Positions 51,101-62,314 of a DNA stretch of 64,000 bases are shown here, one piece after another. A program made the position numbers and the translations under genes. Position 1 is the first letter of the stretch. Every line of letters starts with the position of its first letter. Source of the stretch: Rhizaria sp. SCN 62-66 (taxonomy: Eukaryota); NCBI GenBank assembly GCA_001724265.1, contig MEDY01000105.1:1-64000 (forward strand), read 5' to 3'. The notes beneath the pieces were generated by a model. It made no database searches and was not told the origin of the DNA. It was given only the letters and a program-made list of their open reading frames with translations.

Positions 51101-54100
51101 GGACGCCGAGGAAGAGATTGACCCCAGAGACCTCATCGGCCACTTCTCGCACGGCGACGCCGCCGAAGACGCGCCAAGCGAGCCCGCGGTGAACCCGAAG
51201 GAGATGTTTTACAAGCAGCGCTGGGCGCGCGTAATCTCGCCCGGTCTCAAGCGCGGCGGCCACGTCATCGTGGACCTATGCACGCCCGCGGGCACCGTGG
51301 AGCGCCGCGTCATCGGCCGCAGCAAGGTCGGCGCGGCCGGCTACAAGCACGCGCGCACGAGCCGGTGGGGCGACCTGTGGCCCTACGAGCACGTGCGGTC
51401 ACGCAACGACCTCAAGCGCGAGCAGGAGCTAGCGCGGGTCCAGGCCGACCTCGAGATCGCCGACTCGCGCGAAGCTCTGGCCAAGCTCAAGGAGATGCGC
51501 ACCATCTTCGGCGCGCTCGCGGGCGCGGGCGAGGCCGCCGCGGCGGCGCCGCTCAAGGAGCAGATGATCGAGGGCTTCAAGGCCGTGGACGCGGCCATCG
51601 TGCGCGACATGGAGGCGCGCGACCGCGTGGCGCGGCTGGCGCAGAAGGCGGCCGACGAGCGGGCCGCCGCGGCCGCAGCCAGCCAGGCCGCCGTCGCTGG
51701 CGCCGCCGCAGACCTCGCCTCCGCGAGCGCGGAGCTCGAGGAGCTGGCCGCGGCCGAGGCCGCCGCCGCGGTCGGCGCGGGCGCAAGTGCTGAAGAGCGC
51801 CGCGCCGCGCTGGACCGCGCGCGCCTCGCGCTGGGGCTCTCCACCGCGGGCTCCGCCGACGAGATCGAGGACCTGGTGGGCGTCGGCCGTGGCGCGCGCG
51901 GACGCACCGTGCTGTCGCGCGGCACCGACGACCTGGGGCCCGCGCCCGTGAACGTCGGGCTCGGCGCCGCGCACACCGCCGTGGAGGAGGACGAGGACTG
52001 GATGCAGGCCGAGGAGGACGACCTGATCGCGCTGGAGAACCAAACTGAGGAGGAGTGGCTCGAAGGGCTGCCCGACCACCTGCGGAACAACCCGCAAGCC
52101 GTGGCGGAGCTGCGCAAGAGCGACCTGGAGATCCGCGCCATCCGCGTCCGCGAGCACCTTAAGCTTAAGTCCGCGCTCGGTTTCCTCGAGAAGGCCGAGG
52201 AGGCCGCCGAGGCGCCGCGCGTGCCGCTGTCTCCGCGCGCCGCGGCCGCTAAGCGCGCCGCCGACGCTGCCGCGGCCGCGCTGGCCGCCGCCGATGCCAC
52301 CGGCGAGGACGCGTCGCTCGCGCATGCCAAGGCGATCCTGCGCGCGCAGGAGCCCGAGTTCGAGGTGACGGCCGGCGGCGGGCTGCGGCCCGCGCGCGTG
52401 GACCGGCACCGGCTCGCGGCCGAGGCGCGCGCGCTGGCCAAGGAGATCAACGACCCCTTCGCGGCGAGCGCGATCCAGGACGTGCGCCAGGCCTATCGCA
52501 TGGCGCTCGCGGCGCAGAAGGAGGGCCGCGCCGGCGCGCTGCCGCAGCCCGACGCTGTGGACAAGGCGCTCGCCGCCCGCCGCGCCGCCGACGCCGGCGC
52601 CGCGCCGCTCAACCCGGCGCGCGCCAAGGCCGCTGCGGCTGCTGCGGAGGCCAAGGCCGCCGCGGCTGGGCCCGCGTCCGCGGTGTCGCCCGCCGAGGCC
52701 GCTGCGCTGCTGGCAGCCGCGCACGCCCGCGCCGCTGCCGCCGGTGGCGTCAGCGCAAGCAGCGCTCGCGACCCCTTCGGCACTGCGTCCGCGCACCTCT
52801 TCGCCAGCGCGGACAAGGCCGCTGCCGCCACCAGTGCTCCCGCCTCTGCCTCTGCCTCGGCGCGCAACCGCAGTGCGGAGAGCGCGCTGGACGCGCTCGA
52901 GTCCGCGGCCGGGTCCGTGCGCGGGCTGGGCAGCGACGCGGCCTCGCGCGACGCCGACTTCGCGGGCTTCGACGTCGACGACGACGACGACCGCTTTGCC
53001 GACGACATGGCCGACCTGGACGACATCGACGCGCTGTTCGAGAGCTTCGCGCAGCGCGGCATCGAGGGCCGGCCCAGTGACGTTGCCTTCGCTGCCCCCA
53101 AAGTCCCCGCACCGGCGCCCGCGGCCACAGCCGCGCCCCGCGCCGTGCCGCAGCTCGCGATGGCGGACTTGTCCGAGTTCGAGGCCCTGCTCGCGCCCGC
53201 GCTGGCCAAGACGGCCGTCATGCCCTCTGCAGCCAGCCTCGCGCCGGGCGCCAACACCGCCGCCGCTGCACAGGCTGCGCCGAAAAAGATGAGTCTGCGC
53301 GAAACCATGCAGAGCACGCGCGCGTTCCTCAACAACGCCGGCTCCAACGCGAGTGCAAGCGGCAAGAGCACTGCGCCGGCGACCACTCGCCAAAGCGAGG
53401 CCTTCGCTGACGAGGCCCTCGAGGCGGGCGCGCTCGACTCTGTCGGCGCGGGCGACCAGTTTGACGAGCGCCAGCGCCAGCGCCGGCTGCAGAAGTTTGG
53501 CTCCGTCGAGCGCGGGGCCGACGGCGGCGCCACGGTTACGCTGCGCGGCAAGGCCGCCGGCCACGCCCCTCAAACGACGCTCACGCAGCAGCAGCGCGCC
53601 GCCGGCGTAAGCAACACCACTAGCGCTCGCCCCGAGTATGACGACTACGGGGTCGACGCTGATGAAGGCGACGAGGGCGACTACGAAGACGTCGAGGACG
53701 TGCTCAGCCGCGCCAAGGCCCCCAGTGCCTCCGACCTCAAGCGCCAGGCCAAGGCCAAGCGCGCCGCAAACGCTGCCGGCAACGCGACCGCTGGCCCTTC
53801 CGGCCGCCGTCGCTACTCGACAGTGGTTGCGCAGGCGCTGTCCGTGCCCCTGCCCGTCGTCGCGCTCTCTGCCGCCGCTCCGCACCTCGGCGCCGGGCTC
53901 GGCATGGGCCTCGCTGCGGCCCGGTCCGCGCTGCGGCCGATCACGGTCGCGCCCCTGCGCTTGTTCGCGTCGTCCTCGGCTGCGTTCGGCCGCCGCAGTG
54001 CCGCGGCGGATGACACTGACGCGGTGCTGCGCTCGCTGCTGCGCGACGACGACGACGGGCCTGTGTCCGCCGGCAAGAGGCTGCTGTCGCCCGCGCAGGC

Positions 54101-57100
54101 GTTTGCCAGTGACGTGTAGGTGGACTTCCCGGCCACCTCCTCACCGGCTACGGCCCGCCGCGCGCGCGTGTCCGCGACCGCCACCGAGACTGCGCGCGCG
54201 GCGACTGACCTGCGCGAGCGTGCAAAGCAGTCGAATGAAGTACAGTTCACGAACCGCGGCGACGCGACTTCCCGCACGCGCAACCGGCCGCTGACGCCCG
54301 CCGAGCTGCAAGCGCTGGTGCGCCCCATCGGCTCGGCGCGTGAGGGCGACCCCGCGAGGCGCACAGAGGGCGGCTTCGTCTTCAACGTCATGCCCGGCGC
54401 GTACACCACGGTCGGCATGCTCGCTTCGGCCGCCGCGTCGCAGCAGCTGCACAGCCGCGCCGCAGGACTCAACCTCGCGCCACCGCTCTCGGCCGCAGCC
54501 GCGGACGCCGTCGCGCGCGCTGTAGGCCCTGCGGCCGAACCCGCGCCGCAACACGTGCCTCTGCGCAGCCCGTCGCACCGCTACAGCGCGCTGGTAAGCG
54601 AGCGGAACCCGTACACGCCACCGCCCGTGGACCGCAGTCGCGGCGCGCACGGCGGCGTGGACCTTACGTGGTACCCCTCCGCCGACTCGCTCGCCGCCGC
54701 CGACGCCGCCGCAGAGGCTGCGAACGTGGACCGCACGGACGCGGCCGCCGTGGGGCGCGCGCAGGCGCGTCTATTGCGCGGCCGCGCTATCGCCAAGACT
54801 GCCGCCGGTGGCGCTAAGGCCGTTTCGTCGCCGGCGGCCGGCACGTCGGGCGTGACTGTTGACGCGCGCGGCGCTCGTAGCTTCCGCGACAAGTTCGGCA
54901 ACGTCTTGTCCGACAACGAGCTGGACATCGGCGAGTCGCAGCGCGTCGTGCACAGCGACGGCACGGTCGAGTACGTGCCGCCGGGCCGCACGCCGCGCGG
55001 TGTGCGCGGCCGGTCCTCGCTACCCAACCGCGAGCAGAACGACCAGATCGACGTCGACGATTTCCGCCGCGTGATCGCGATGCGCCGGCTCGAGGACGAC
55101 GCCGAGGCGCTGAAGACCAACGCCAACGGGCGCCTGCTGGGCGAGCACGGCGAGGCCGGCGGACCAGTCAAGTCGCTCTACGGCGTGTCGCGCGAGGAGC
55201 GCGAGTCTCGCCGTGAGGAGCGCAAGCGCATCAAGGCGGCGCAGTTCCGCTTTCGCATCGAGAAGGGCCGCAAGTCGCTGATCGAGGAGGCCGGCGGCAA
55301 ATACTCGCCCAACGCTGGCATCCGCGCCGTTTCGCGCGCCGAGGCGCAAGCCGTGTTCACGCACGCGAGCGAGGAGCTGCTGCGGCGCGACGGCCTGCTT
55401 CCGCCCTCTGCCGATGAGCGCGACGCGGAGCAGCTCGAGCGCGACTACGACGAGGAGCTCGAAGACGAGTGGCACAACGACATGCAACTGGTGCCGCTGA
55501 CGCCCGAGGGCGAACTCGACCTCTCTGGCACGGCGGCGTCGCAGGCGGACCCCCGCGCGGTGACCAAGCGCGACATGCGCCGTGACCGCGCCATCGTCGA
55601 AGACTATGAGTCGCACCTGCAGCGCGTGGAGATGGTCGAGTCCGGTGAGCTCGTCGAGGGAGACGACGGCTGGAACATCCACCAGGCCGCGCAGCGCGTG
55701 CGCGAAAACGCCCCCGCGTCCGCGCGTCGGAGCATGGACATTCTCACTAACCTGCTCAAGAAGGATAGCATGCCTGAGACCGTCACGGCGGGCACCAACG
55801 GCATGCCCGTGCCCCGGTCCGCCGCTGAAGCCCTTGCGCAGGCGGAGGCACATGCCGGGCTTGCACCCGCACCCAGCGCTGCTGTCGCTTCTGCTAGCAA
55901 TCACGGCTCAGCCTCCTCCGGCTCCGGCGCCTCTGGCTCCGGTGCTGGCGCTGCGGCTGGCGGCAGCAGCAACGGCGACGACGCCGATGCCGATGCTGGT
56001 TCATCGTACTTCCCTGCTGCACGCGCTGCTCGTATGGCCAAGAAGCAGCGCGCGCTTTCGGGCGTCGCTCGTGTGGCTGCGGTTGCGGACGCATCGCGTT
56101 CACCACTCGAACGCTCCAACGAGGCAATTCTGCTCACCGGTGTTCCGCATGAGGCGTCTTCCGCCGCTGCCGCAGCGGCTGCTGCTGCCGCTGACGCTGT
56201 GACGCGTGCGGGCGGCTCCAGTGCGCACCGTGATACGCTTGCCGCGGCCGCGCACATCACGACGACGCTGGGCGAGGCCGATCAGCGTCGGCAGGCGCTG
56301 GCGCAGGTCGCGCAGGAGCGCCTGCTGCACCCTGGGCGCGTGCGCTCGGCCGCGGAGGTCGGGCTCGCGCTCGAGGCGATGCTGGGCGCGCCTGAGACGC
56401 AGCGCATGTTGAGCGACGCGGGCGCTGCGCAGAGCGCGGCCTCGGGGCTGTCGGCGCCGGTGGAGGCTGCGAAGGCGACTGCCGTAGCCGCGGGCCGTCT
56501 TCGCGAGCAGGCGCAGCGCACCGCTGCTGTTGAGTCCGCCGTCGCGAGCGTGGCCATCCGCACCATGTCTCTTACGCAGACGCTCGACGGCATGCGCACT
56601 GACGCCGCTGCTCCCCCCAAGCGCAGTTCACGCAAGGATGCTGCTGCTGATGTTGCGCCTGTTGCTCCCGCTGCTGTGTCGCCACGCTTGGCCGAGCTGG
56701 CGAAGCGCTACGACGCGCTGCGTGCGCGCGAGGCCGCTGCGATGCGCGCCGAACAGGAGCGCTTCATGCCGCTCTCTAAGCCGTCGCTGGGCCACGCGTG
56801 GACCGCGAAGAACAAGGTGGTGAGCAAGTTCGACGAGGCCAACCTCGAGGCAGCTTCCATGATGTACCGTGCGCGCGCCCACCGCGCCCTGACTGCGAGT
56901 CTTGAGGAAGAGGACATGCTGCGCCGCCTTGGCGACAAGAACCTGGCCGCCCTGATGCCCTCCCCGGACGCTCCTTTGAGCGGTGGCGACGACGACGAGA
57001 ACCTGCTCGAGGACGCCGTCATGTTCGAGCGCCAGCTGGCCGACGCCGAGGCGCACCTCAAGAACGTCGTGGCCGCCGGCGCGCGCTCTGCGGAGCGCAA

Positions 57101-57263
57101 GATGGAGCGCCAGGCCGCGGGCAAGAGCGCTGCGCGTCGCACGATTGAGGACCTGGCTGCCAAGAACGCCGAGAAGGTGCGTCGTCGCGAGGCCCTTTTC
57201 AACATGCCCGCCGCCGACATCGTGCAAAATGTGCCCTTCAAGAAAGGTGGCGGTCGCCGGTGA
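48156..57263 (+). CDS. RSM22: Mitochondrial SSU assembly factor RSM22/METTL17-like with a very long C-terminal extension (~3035 aa if TAG 54117-54119 is sense; 1987 aa otherwise)
   Basis: Arg/Ala-rich presequence. Family motifs RLPVVFSVLRRVLTEVSNRVPGFAPRNVLEF, DLVIAAYALS, GGLLLLVES, PCAHDKPCPM, CKF, FSYVVLQRG, WARVISPGLKRGGHVIVDLCT, YKHARTSRWGDLWP. ORF 54120..57263 follows the TAG directly in-frame with no ATG and no intergenic DNA, and ends at TGA before an AT-rich UTR. Confidence 0.85.
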
Positions 57264-57482
57264 ATTAACAGCTGTCACTTCGTAGTGACATTAATGTTAC
57301 AACTATTTATTGATATTTAAGTCAAAATAATCAATGGTCAAGGCCATTGCAATAAAGACAAAATCTTCTAACTTTACTCATGGTGAATCTGAATCAACCT
57401 TGTATTGTCATTGTGAGATTAAGATCGCACGAAATAAGTACTAAAATAAACTGTGTGATGTTTGCGTTAACAGTGCGCTCAT

Positions 57483-59837
57483 TTATGCTGCGACGCGCTT
57501 TTTCTTCATTGCGGCAAGCTCGTCTTGCAGCTTACGCGTCGCCGCGCGCGCCTGAGCCAACCTTGCTGCGGCTGCGGCTGCGCCCTCGGCCGTGGAGCCA
57601 TCCTCGGTCGCGAGCGCCGTGGGCACCGGCGGCGGGATAGCAACAGCGGCGACCCCCCCATCCGCAGCGACGACGCTGGCGACCGTGAGCACGCGCCGCA
57701 GCGTCTCGGCCTCGGCGCGCGCGGCCGACAGCGCCTCCTCCCTGCGCGCGAGCGCGGTGCGGTGCACCGTCGCGCGGTGGGCCAGCTCCTGCTCAGCAGC
57801 GGCCGCACCGCGCTGCGCCGCCGCGGTCGCAGCAGCCGCGGCCTCGGCGTCGGCCCCTGCGCGCCGCGCCTGGCTCTGCGCAACTGTCACAGTGTTGGCG
57901 AGAGCGGCGCGCTCGGCCTCAGAGGCCAGCAGCGCGCTCTCGAGCGACGCGATGCGCTCAGCCTGCGCAGCGAGCTCGGCAATCAGCGGGGCTTCGCGGG
58001 CCTGCGTGCGAGAGTACGCCGTGCGCTGCGACTGCTGCGCAGTCCGAGCCTGTGTAAATATATATGTGGGTCAGACCGATAATGTTGAGTTTGGAAGTGT
58101 GAGCATGATTCATGTGATGACTTAGCGATTCAACACCGTCATTTGCCACACAAGCACATTTGGGAATATGTAAGATAATGCCTACCTTTAGCTGTTCAAG
58201 CTCAACTTCTGCCGTCGCGCGCGCATGCGCCTCTGCGGCCAGCTGCGAGTGCAGACGCGCCAGCGATGCTGCATGACCCTCGGCCTGAACCTGTGAATGG
58301 ATCGCAAATCCAAGGGTAAGGGAGCACAATATGTAAGACGATAAGAGAGTGAGAATATGCAAAGTTTGACACAAAAAGTAATAAAGCAGACACAATTTTA
58401 CATTTCATGATAATAAACAAAGAAAACACAAAAATTCTGCGTACCTGCATGAGCTCCAGCAAGTGTTCCTGCTTCTCTTTGGCGACAACGTCCGACTCGC
58501 CCACCACAGCCGCCGCGGCAATAGCAGTCTGCGTCTCTTGCTTGGCGACCGCGGCCTCAGCCCTGGCAGCCTCGAGCGCGCCCGTCATGGCCGCCTTCTC
58601 CGCCGTCAGCGTTTTAGCCCTGCGCTGCGTGTCCTCGGCCCACGCGCGCGCCTCGCCCAGCGCGGCCTCGAGCGCCTCACGCTGTTCCCGCTGCGCGCGC
58701 TGCGCCTGCGCGATCGCGGTCTCCACGCCCGTCGCCGCCGCGGTACGCAGCGCCGCGTTTTCGGTCTCCAACTCCGCGCGCGCGCTCTCAGCGCTAGCCG
58801 CGCGCCGTTGCAGCGCCTGCGCAGAAAGCTCGGCGGCGTGCGCGCGCGCCTCGGCGTCGGCCATGCGCGCCTGCAGGTCCAGCAGCAGCGACGCGGTCGC
58901 CGCGGACAGGCCGTTGTTGGCGCTGTTGCCGCTGGCGCTGGCAAGCGCGGCAATCTGGGCAGCAGCGGCCGTGGACGATGACATGTCGGCCACCGGGGCG
59001 GGCATTGGCTGCTGCTGTTGCTGCTGCTGCTGAGGCTGTTGTTGCTGCGAAGGCTGCGCGAAGGCGGGTGCAGCGTCCTGCTGCGCGGGGTGCGCAAAGC
59101 TGTCGTTGAGACTGGACGCGTTTGACGACGAGCGGTTCAGCGCAGCGGCCGCGCGCGCCTGCTGCATGCGTTGCGCCAGACTCAGCCCACCGGCCGACGG
59201 GGTCGGTCCTGGGGCTCGCTGCTGCGGCTGCGGGTCGGGAGCGAAAGGCGCCGCAGCAGCAGGTGCAAGGACAGCGGGGGCGTTATCAGACTCATAGTTG
59301 TCGTACGAGTCGTTCTGCTGTTGTTGCAACTCTTGCTGCTTCGCCATCTGTATCTGCAGGCGCTGCATAATCGACAGTCCTTGCTGTGGTTGCTGCTGCT
59401 GTTGTTGTTGTTGCTGCTGCATTTGCTGTTGCTGTTGTTGCGCAATCTGCTGCTGCTCACGCTCCTGCTGCTGCATCTGCTGCTGCAGCTGCGCGCTCTG
59501 TTGCTGCTGCATCTGCAACTGCTGTTGCTGCGCCGGAGTCGGCTCGATCGTGATCGGCTTCAGCCGACGCTTGCGCGGCGAGCTCGCCATCACGCTCATG
59601 TCCAACGAAGAGTCGAGCATGCTCATGTTCCCACCGCCGCCGCCGCCGCCGCCGCCAAGGCTGGCGCTGCTGTTGCCGAAGCCCGGGGCGCGCGCGGAGG
59701 GCGGCGCGGGTGCGTGGGGCGCGTGACCGTGGGCGTTGTAGGCCGCGGCCGCTGCGCCCAGGCTGGCGAACGCGCCGCTCATGCCCGCGCCGGCGGGGTT
59801 CATGCCGGGCGGCAAGTACTGCTGCTGCTGCTGCTGT

Positions 59838-59880
<43 letters not shown>

Positions 59881-61996
59881 TGTGCTGCTCTTGTTGCAGC
59901 TGCGACTGAGCCCGATCCTCACGGCTCGACTTCTGGGCGCGGCGGCCTGACTTCAGCGGCGACTCAGGGTCGTCGTCGTCGAGCGCGTCCCAGCCGGCCG
60001 ACGCCGTGCTCGCGTCGAGCCCGCTGCTGCTAGCGTTCGGGGCGTTGCGTATAGAGCGCGACTGCGAGTTATTGTGGTGGTCATTGTTCTGCCCCTGCAG
60101 CGAGCTCAGTGCGCCGAACGCGCCCGCCTTGGTGGTCGCGGGCGCCGCACCACCGTTGCCGCTGCCCCCGTTGCTGTTGCTCTGCTGGCCCGCGGCAGTG
60201 GCGGGCGAGGGTGGGGGCAGCGTGCCGCCGTTCTGGACGTACATCGCGCGGTGCTTCGCTAGCTGCTGCGGGGACAGGCCGAAGCGCTCCTCGGACTCGG
60301 GCCACTCGTCGTCGTCCTCCGGCTCTGCGCCGGCCGGGGAAGTGGGGTCGCTGTGCTTGGGAGAGCGGTTGCCACCGCGGGACTGCTGCTACTGCTGCTG
60401 CTGCTGCTGCTGTTGCGGTGGGAGGTTGCGGTGCGGTGGCGTCTGCTCCGGTGTGGTGTTGCTGCCCCAGTACCCGTCCTCCTCCTCTTCTTCCTCGTCC
60501 GCGGCATTCACGTTATCGGCGCGATTGGCGTTACCACTGCTCTTCGGCTTCGCGGGAGTCTGGTCGAACTGCTGCTGCGCCTGAGGCTGGGGCTGCTGCT
60601 GCTTACGAGGCGGCAGATACGAGTCGTCGAGCGCCATGCTAGAGTCGGGCGACGTCGGGGGCGTCACCGCGCCGCCGCCAGCGCCGGGCGGGGCCGCGAC
60701 GGCCGCGCGCGCCGCAGCGAGCGCCGCCGCCATGCCCGTCAGCGGCGGCACCGTGGCCACGGCGGCCGCCGCGGCGGGGTTGCCGGCAGCGGACTGCGCT
60801 TGGATGCCGTTGCCGCTGCCGTTGGCGGGCTCCGCGATGGTGGCCTCGCCCCAGAGGGTGACCTCCAGGTGCGAGTCGTCGATTGGAGCCCTCTGCTACT
60901 GCTGCGGCGGTTGCGGTTGTTGAAGCTGCTGCTGGAGTTGCTGCTCGAGCTGCTGCCGCTGCGCCTGCTGCCACAGCGCCGTGCGCGGCGACACGGCCCC
61001 GCTGCCGTCGCCCTCGCCCGCGCTGAGGCTGCCGCTGCCGCTGCCGCTGCTGCGCCGCCCGCGGCTCCGGCTGCGCGACCCCGAGCCCGCCCCCGAGCCC
61101 GGGCCGGAGCCGGAGCCGGAGCCTGCGCTGCGGCCGCGGCCGGTGTTGGGCGGCGACGCCGCGGGCTGCGAGCGCAACGACTGCTCGTGCGAGAGCTGCG
61201 CCTGGTGCAGCGCGGCGACCTGCTCCGCCGCGGCGGGCGCCATCGCGCTCACGGCGGCCGCGGCCGGCGGCGGCGGCGCCGAGTCCACGGCGTAGCTCGC
61301 GCCCGACGCGCGCGCGCGGAGGCGCCGCGGGGACACCGCCTCGTCGTATGTGCCGGACTCGCCGCCCGCGGGGCTCGCGGCCGCTCCGACTGCGGCTGTG
61401 GAGGCAGCGGGGGCCTGAGGGGGCGCGTGGGACGTCGAAAGCGTTGTGGACAGGTCAAGCACGCTGTTGTCGATGCCACCGACGGCTGCAGCAATATTCG
61501 GAGCGTGCGCGTTGAAACCAAGATTGTTACTGCTTGTTGAAGGAATGCCTTGGTAAAGGTTTTGCTGTTGCTGCGGCGCCGCATTGCTGTTGTTGCTGTT
61601 GATAGGAGCAAAGTGGAACCCGCTCGCGACAGCAACAGGGACTTGTTGCGGCTTGACATCCGCGCCACGCGGCCTAACATCTGGCCCCGGGCCGCCCACT
61701 GTCATCTCCATCATTGTCGAGCCCAAGTCAAGCATCGTCTCCTCTCCGGCACTTGCGCCAACAGCGCCCACCGCGGGAGCGGGAGCAACATCAGCGGCAG
61801 CGGCTCCAGTCGGCATGACGCTGTTGTTGCCAAAGTCGCCAAACGTCATCGTGAGCCCAACCGTCTCGTCGGCATTGTTATTGGGGTCATTCGCGGCAGG
61901 CAGGCCCAGCGTGGGGCCGGGACCGCGGCGCGTGCTCACGGTCATCGGCGCTGCACCGGCCCGCGCCTGCGCCTGCGCCTGCGCCTGCGCCTGCGC

Positions 61997-62029
<33 letters not shown>

Positions 62030-62283
62030 AGCCTGAGCAGCAGCGGCGGCCGCGGCAGCCGCCCTGGCGCTGGCCTTGGCCCTGAGCGCGGCGACGCTGC
62101 CGGCGGCCTCTCTGGCATCCTCTTCGTCGTCGTCGTCGAAGGTCAGGATCGACCGCGTCGCCGCCTCGTCGTCGTACTCGCCCTTGTGCGACGCTGCCAC
62201 GGCCGCGGCGGCGGCCGCGGCGGCGGCGGCCGCAGCGGCCGGGGACGGCGACGGCGGGCGCAGATATGCGTGCGCTGCTGTCG

Positions 62284-62314
<31 letters not shown>

